This document shows, piece after piece, positions 58,740 to 62,738 of a DNA stretch of 62,738 bases; position 1 is the stretch's first letter, and each line of letters begins with the position of its first letter. Source of the stretch: an uncultured Rhodospirillaceae bacterium (GTDB taxonomy: Bacteria > Pseudomonadota > Alphaproteobacteria > JAEUKQ01); contig CAYPXH010000005.1 in NCBI GenBank assembly GCA_964414755.1, positions 1 through 62,738 of the forward strand, read 5' to 3'. The notes under the pieces were generated by a model. It was not told where the DNA came from and searched no databases. It was given only the letters and a program-made list of their open reading frames with translations. A program made the translations under genes and the position numbers.

Positions 58740-59213
58740 TTATTTTACTAAATGGCTGTCCAGCATCCAAATATTTTTTTCATGAACATTTAGGCGTTCA
58801 ATTAATAAATCTGCCGATGCTTCGTCGCCTGCTTTCTGAGCTAACGGAATTATTTTTTTAATTGTACCTACTAGTATTTTATTACCAGCACTTAATATTT
58901 CTAACATCTGCAAGGCTTTAGGTGTTGTTAGTTCTTCCTTAATTTGTGACAGTGTTTGATAAGCAGCAAAGCTACCAGGAGTTAAAGAGCCCAGTGACCT
59001 AATACGTTCTGCAATAACATCAATCGCCAACGCATATTCTTTGTATTGTGTTTCAAATAGCAGATGTAAATTATAAAACATTGGACCGGTAACATTCCAA
59101 TGAAAATTCTGGGTTTTTAGGTACAAAACATACGTTTCTGCTAACAATTTGCTTAAACCATCAGTTATTTTTGCTGATTTGCCGATTGTTTGTTTATTCA
59201 TTTGCACATCCAT
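58740..59213 (-). CDS. dps: DNA starvation/stationary-phase protection protein Dps
   Basis: 157 aa with YLKTQNFHWNVTGP.F..LH..FE ferroxidase-site motifs. Confidence 0.9.
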   Translation of the reverse strand: MDVQMNKQTIGKSAKITDGLSKLLAETYVLYLKTQNFHWNVTGPMFYNLHLLFETQYKEYALAIDVIAERIRSLGSLTPGSFAAYQTLSQIKEELTTPKALQMLEILSAGNKILVGTIKKIIPLAQKAGDEASADLLIERLNVHEKNIWMLDSHLVK

Positions 59214-59308
59214 TGCTCAAATTAGACTTATATAATTGAAATAGGCTTTTTAGAAAGAATAACAATAGCTTACCCAAATGTTGTGAATCTGTATAATGAT
59301 GGATAAAC

Positions 59309-61210
59309 CTATTGAAGGATTCTATCAATCACCTCTTGGTTAATCTTAATGGGATAACGTTTTTTTAGATGGTCAACAAATTGTACCCCTAGGTCATTTG
59401 TAAACTCGATCGCAAGCTCAGCAGATATATTCTTATAATCTGTGGTATTAATATCAATATCAGGTTTTATAACATTCGTTAATTTGGCGACCACCACACC
59501 ATCATTTGTTGGATGATAAATTATATCACCAATCTGAGCTATAGAAAAAATGCGGCTATTTAAACCTTGATCAATATTTGATTCTTGGTCTATGCCACCT
59601 CGTGCAAGGGCTGGCGAGCTTATAACTGCTGCATCAAATTTCGCGGCGAGTGCTGCAAAATCACGACCAACATTATCTTTTAACAAATTTTCAGCAGTTG
59701 TCATGGCTGCTTCTATTTGCTGTTGTTTTTGCCAGTCTTTAATTAATTGGTCTTTAATCTCATCCAGGCTTTTAGGAGTAGCAGGAAATAATTGCGTAAC
59801 GTTAAAAGACACATAATCACCGGATGGAAGTGAGGTCATAGGAACATTTTGACCAACTTCAAGTCGTAGGATGCGTCTTAATAAATTTTCGGGTACGGCA
59901 GAGGTAACCGCTTGTGCAATTTTTAAAGGAAATTCACGGTCTAACGCAATGTTTTCTAGTGCAACCAAGGTTATACCAGCCGATTTGGCGGCGTCGGCAA
60001 AATTTTCGCCTGCAGCTATTGAATCTTCAAAAATTAAATACCGTCTATTTGCAGTAATCTCGGCCTCGTTCCTGGCAAGAATAGATTTTAATTTGGGTAA
60101 TGCTTCATCATAACTTGTGGCTTTTTCTGCTTCAATATCAACAAGTCGTATAATATGCCAAGAACTAACAACACCTTGAGTTGGCATAGATACTTCACCT
60201 GGAGAAAGTGCAAAAGCGGTTTCAAGCATATTTTGAGAAATTCCAAGTGGTGCAAAAGTTCTTTCAAGTTTATCTACCATAATCGGTGCCTTACCGGTTA
60301 AAGCCAATGCTAAATCTGCAAAAGATTGGCCACTTTGTAATTTTTTATAAGCCTCTTCTGCCAGTTCTTTGGTAGGTAATAAAATATGTTCGATCCGGCG
60401 TCGTTCGGGTTTATAAAACAAAGCTTGATTATTTGCGTATTCGTTACGTAAATTTTCTTCGGAAAAATTAATGGTTTTAACATATTCATCGGTTAGTTCT
60501 GTTAACGATATGTAGGCAATTGTAATATTGCGTTTTTCAGGACTTAAATAATTTTGTTTGGTTTGTTCATAAAATTTTTCTACATCATCTGCTGTAGGTA
60601 TACCTGGTTCTGGCATTTTGTTTAAGCTAATCAGAAATGTTTCCGCTGTACGTTTCTCGTTACGATACGCATAAATTTTGCTGACAATTATATCTGGAAT
60701 TTTTATGTTTGAAGCACTGCTTAAAATAATTTCTGAATTATTTACGGAACGAATATATCTAAAAACTTCTTCTTGGGCTAAGTTTCTTGAAGTTAAAAAA
60801 TCTTGATAGGCATTGCGGTTAAAATTACCTGCCTGATCAGCAAAACTTGAAAAAATAATTTGTGAAACCAATGTATCTGGTGTGGATACTTTCATATCAG
60901 AAGCAAAGGAGTTGATAAGACTTTCTTCGATAAGTGTATTTAGCAATCGTTCATCAAAACGCTCTGATCTGATATTTTGATAGGTAAGGTTATCACCTGT
61001 TTGTTGCCTATAATCTTCCATCAGTCTACGTATTTTTTGATCAAACTCGGTTGCTGTGATTTCATTGTCTCCAACCTCGGCTACTGGCGGTATATCATCA
61101 AACCCACGAATAATATCACCAATACCCCAAAGAGCAAAAGATCCAACCAACAAGAAAAGTAAAATTTTCGTTACTAATGATGAAGCGTTGTTACGAATAG
61201 CTGTCAGCAT
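59309..61210 (-). CDS. ppiD: Periplasmic chaperone PpiD-like (SurA N-terminal domain plus parvulin-like domain), membrane anchored
   Basis: 633 aa with an N-terminal TM anchor (KILLFLLVGSFALWGIGD) and size and layout typical of PpiD. Confidence 0.72.
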   Translation of the reverse strand: MLTAIRNNASSLVTKILLFLLVGSFALWGIGDIIRGFDDIPPVAEVGDNEITATEFDQKIRRLMEDYRQQTGDNLTYQNIRSERFDERLLNTLIEESLINSFASDMKVSTPDTLVSQIIFSSFADQAGNFNRNAYQDFLTSRNLAQEEVFRYIRSVNNSEIILSSASNIKIPDIIVSKIYAYRNEKRTAETFLISLNKMPEPGIPTADDVEKFYEQTKQNYLSPEKRNITIAYISLTELTDEYVKTINFSEENLRNEYANNQALFYKPERRRIEHILLPTKELAEEAYKKLQSGQSFADLALALTGKAPIMVDKLERTFAPLGISQNMLETAFALSPGEVSMPTQGVVSSWHIIRLVDIEAEKATSYDEALPKLKSILARNEAEITANRRYLIFEDSIAAGENFADAAKSAGITLVALENIALDREFPLKIAQAVTSAVPENLLRRILRLEVGQNVPMTSLPSGDYVSFNVTQLFPATPKSLDEIKDQLIKDWQKQQQIEAAMTTAENLLKDNVGRDFAALAAKFDAAVISSPALARGGIDQESNIDQGLNSRIFSIAQIGDIIYHPTNDGVVVAKLTNVIKPDIDINTTDYKNISAELAIEFTNDLGVQFVDHLKKRYPIKINQEVIDRILQ

Positions 61211-61391
61211 GTTTTTGTGTCCAAATTTCTAATTGAAAGACTAATAAGCAATAATCAAAACACTGCAAAGTTTTTCAGTGTTAGCCGTTTTTTATAATTA
61301 ATTCAATAATTATGATTATTTTTATTATGGATATTTTATGATATTTCGTGGTAAGCGTACGCAAGTAAGTTGTTCTAATATAGGGAAAATA

Positions 61392-62168
61392 ATGCAATTG
61401 GTGCGAAAATTAATAGTTGGCAACTGGAAAATGAACGGCACTTTGCCAGAAGCACGAAGTTTGATTCAGCAGATCACTGCTGATAAGCCGTGGCCAAAAA
61501 ATATTCATAACCCGCCGCTTATTGTCTTATGTCCATCACATCCTATGATACATCCAGTTACAATTATGTTGGATGGATATGATTGGCTAACTATCGGTGC
61601 ACAAGACTGCTACACTCAAGAAATTGGAGCATTTACCGGCGATGTATCTGCCATGATACTGCAATCTTTAGGTGTTAAATATTGTATTGTTGGTCATTCA
61701 GAAAGACGGCGGTTGCACAATGAAACCAATCAAACAATTGCACAAAAAATTATCTGCTGTCAAAAACACCAGATAACGCCAATTCTTTGTATTGGCGAAA
61801 CTATTGATGAAAGAAACAAAGGCTTAACCTCTGCTGTTTTACAACAACAGCTTCAGGAAAGCTTGGATTTTGAAGTTGCTAAGGTGCTGTCAAGTTTGGT
61901 TGTTGCTTATGAACCCGTCTGGGCAATTGGCACAGGAAAAATACCAAGCAAACAGGAAATTATATTTGCGCATCAGCATATACGAAAATTCCTAATGCAA
62001 CATCATCTTTATCGACTACTAACACCAATAATACTTTATGGTGGATCGGTAAAACCGGACAATGCAGCCGAGATCGTCCATAGTGACGGTGTAGATGGTT
62101 TGTTGGTTGGTGGGGCAAGCTTAAAGGCATCAGACTTTAGGAATATTATCGCTGCTTGTATTCAATAA
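61392..62168 (+). CDS. tpiA: Triosephosphate isomerase
   Basis: Start moved to ATG 61392 (MQLVRKLIVGNWKMNG). Blocks GHSERR and AYEPVWAIGTG. Confidence 0.93.
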   Translation: MQLVRKLIVGNWKMNGTLPEARSLIQQITADKPWPKNIHNPPLIVLCPSHPMIHPVTIMLDGYDWLTIGAQDCYTQEIGAFTGDVSAMILQSLGVKYCIVGHSERRRLHNETNQTIAQKIICCQKHQITPILCIGETIDERNKGLTSAVLQQQLQESLDFEVAKVLSSLVVAYEPVWAIGTGKIPSKQEIIFAHQHIRKFLMQHHLYRLLTPIILYGGSVKPDNAAEIVHSDGVDGLLVGGASLKASDFRNIIAACIQ

Positions 62169-62319
62169 TGTATATGTCGATATTTTTCTTAAATATATTG
62201 AAAATAAGCCATAAAATAATGTTTTAAAAATTCATAAACTGGTGCTTGCAGGAAAGTAATTTATCCTATAAAACAACTGTTAAGTTTTATCGATCAATTT
62301 TATATTCAAGGTACTTTTT

Positions 62320-62661
62320 ATGACTACAATTATTCTTGTAATACATACTATTATTGCCGTTTTACTGGTTGGAATTGTTTTGTTGCAGAAAAGTGAAGGG
62401 GGTGGTTTGGGGCTAGGGGGAGGAAGTGTGTCGGGATTTCTTTCTGCGCGTGGATCGGCAAATTTTTTGACAAGAACCACTGCATGGTTGGCAACGTTGT
62501 TTTTTATTACTAGCCTGACTTTGGTAGTTTTATCTGCAAACAATAAGCGATTGGACATAGTTCCACCCACGCCATCAAGCTTCATTCCTCCAGTAAATAG
62601 TACAGTGCCAGCAGCGCCGGTTCCTTCTGTGCCAGAACCAAGTGTCCCAGTTGGACAATAA
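62320..62661 (+). CDS. secG: Preprotein translocase subunit SecG
   Basis: 113 aa with LLQKSEGGGLG..G, a second TM segment, and a Pro-rich C-terminal tail. Confidence 0.9.
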   Translation: MTTIILVIHTIIAVLLVGIVLLQKSEGGGLGLGGGSVSGFLSARGSANFLTRTTAWLATLFFITSLTLVVLSANNKRLDIVPPTPSSFIPPVNSTVPAAPVPSVPEPSVPVGQ

Positions 62662-62717
62662 ATTACTTTAGTTTTTTTATAGGCTGTTTTTATAGATCAA
62701 GATAACTTGGGTTATTC

Positions 62718-62738
62718 ATGACAAAGTATATTTTTATA
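62718..62738 (+). CDS. pyrG: CTP synthase (first 7 codons only)
   Basis: MTKYIFI matches the conserved PyrG N-terminus (M.KYIF[IV]TGG), and secG-pyrG adjacency is common. Too short for certainty. Confidence 0.5.

Noticed and set aside
62560-62661. Pro-rich repetitive C-terminal tail of SecG (PPVNSTVPAAPVPSVPEPSVPVGQ).
   Set aside because: Low-complexity Pro/Ala-rich tails are common in alphaproteobacterial SecG. There is no evidence of a separate feature.
1-62738. I searched by eye for several element types:
- tRNA T-loop signatures (GGTTCGAATCC-like)
- rRNA
- two-piece tmRNA near smpB
- CRISPR-like regularly spaced repeats
- IS inverted repeats and transposase or integrase motifs
- toxin-antitoxin pairs
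- known defence-system genes
   Set aside because: None was found. The GTTCGAA-like words that do occur lie inside well-supported CDSs. A by-eye search cannot exclude small or divergent RNAs; tRNAscan-SE, Infernal/Rfam and a repeat finder would be decisive.

Overview
This 62.7-kb window is a densely packed, AT-rich chromosomal segment. All product calls come from reading motifs in the supplied translations; no database search was possible.

The source is most likely an alphaproteobacterium, possibly from a reduced-genome or host-associated lineage. That is an inference from these observations:
- the gene order rpsB-tsf-pyrH-frr-uppS-cdsA-dxr-rseP-bamA-skp-fabZ | gltA | comEC | lexA
- the gene order smpB-folK-rpoZ-spoT-acpS-lepB-rnc-era
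- gatCAB
- a DUF1192 gene
- a sigma-32/ROSE-type hsp20 leader
- a near GTTC-N7-GTTC SOS box

I annotate about 62 protein genes, and almost all are housekeeping genes:
- translation: cysS, gatCAB, rpmE, smpB, rpsB, tsf, frr
- envelope: slt, lepB, uppS, cdsA, rseP, bamA, skp, fabZ, ppiD, secG
- nucleic-acid metabolism: parC, recO, rnc, lexA, comEC, dps
- central metabolism: nadE, gltA, tpiA, dxr, pyrH, folK

The accessory-like content is limited:
- a polyamine uptake and gamma-glutamylation catabolism block at 5.5-13.8 kb (ALDH, aguB, potIHGF, puuA-like)
- a TRAP transporter
- a secreted 5'-nucleotidase
- a class II cytochrome c
- a few enzymes of unclear role

I recognised no rRNA, tRNA, CRISPR array, IS/transposase, integrase or phage gene. 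I do not see a convincing multi-gene novel system.

The items most worth a second look are:
1. A window-edge ORF (1..1448, minus strand) that the ORF track misses. It encodes a class III cyclase fused to a STAND P-loop NTPase with non-canonical active-site residues.
2. An orphan 40-aa secreted two-cysteine peptide gene with its own promoter, SD and terminator, inside a 720-bp extremely AT-rich gap.
3. The clean absence of lpxD/lpxA/lpxI/lpxB from their conserved slots around fabZ.
4. An RpoH promoter plus ROSE-like RNA thermometer upstream of hsp20.
5. A structured rpsB leader.
6. A DadA-like protein with a degenerate FAD-binding motif, translationally coupled to recO.
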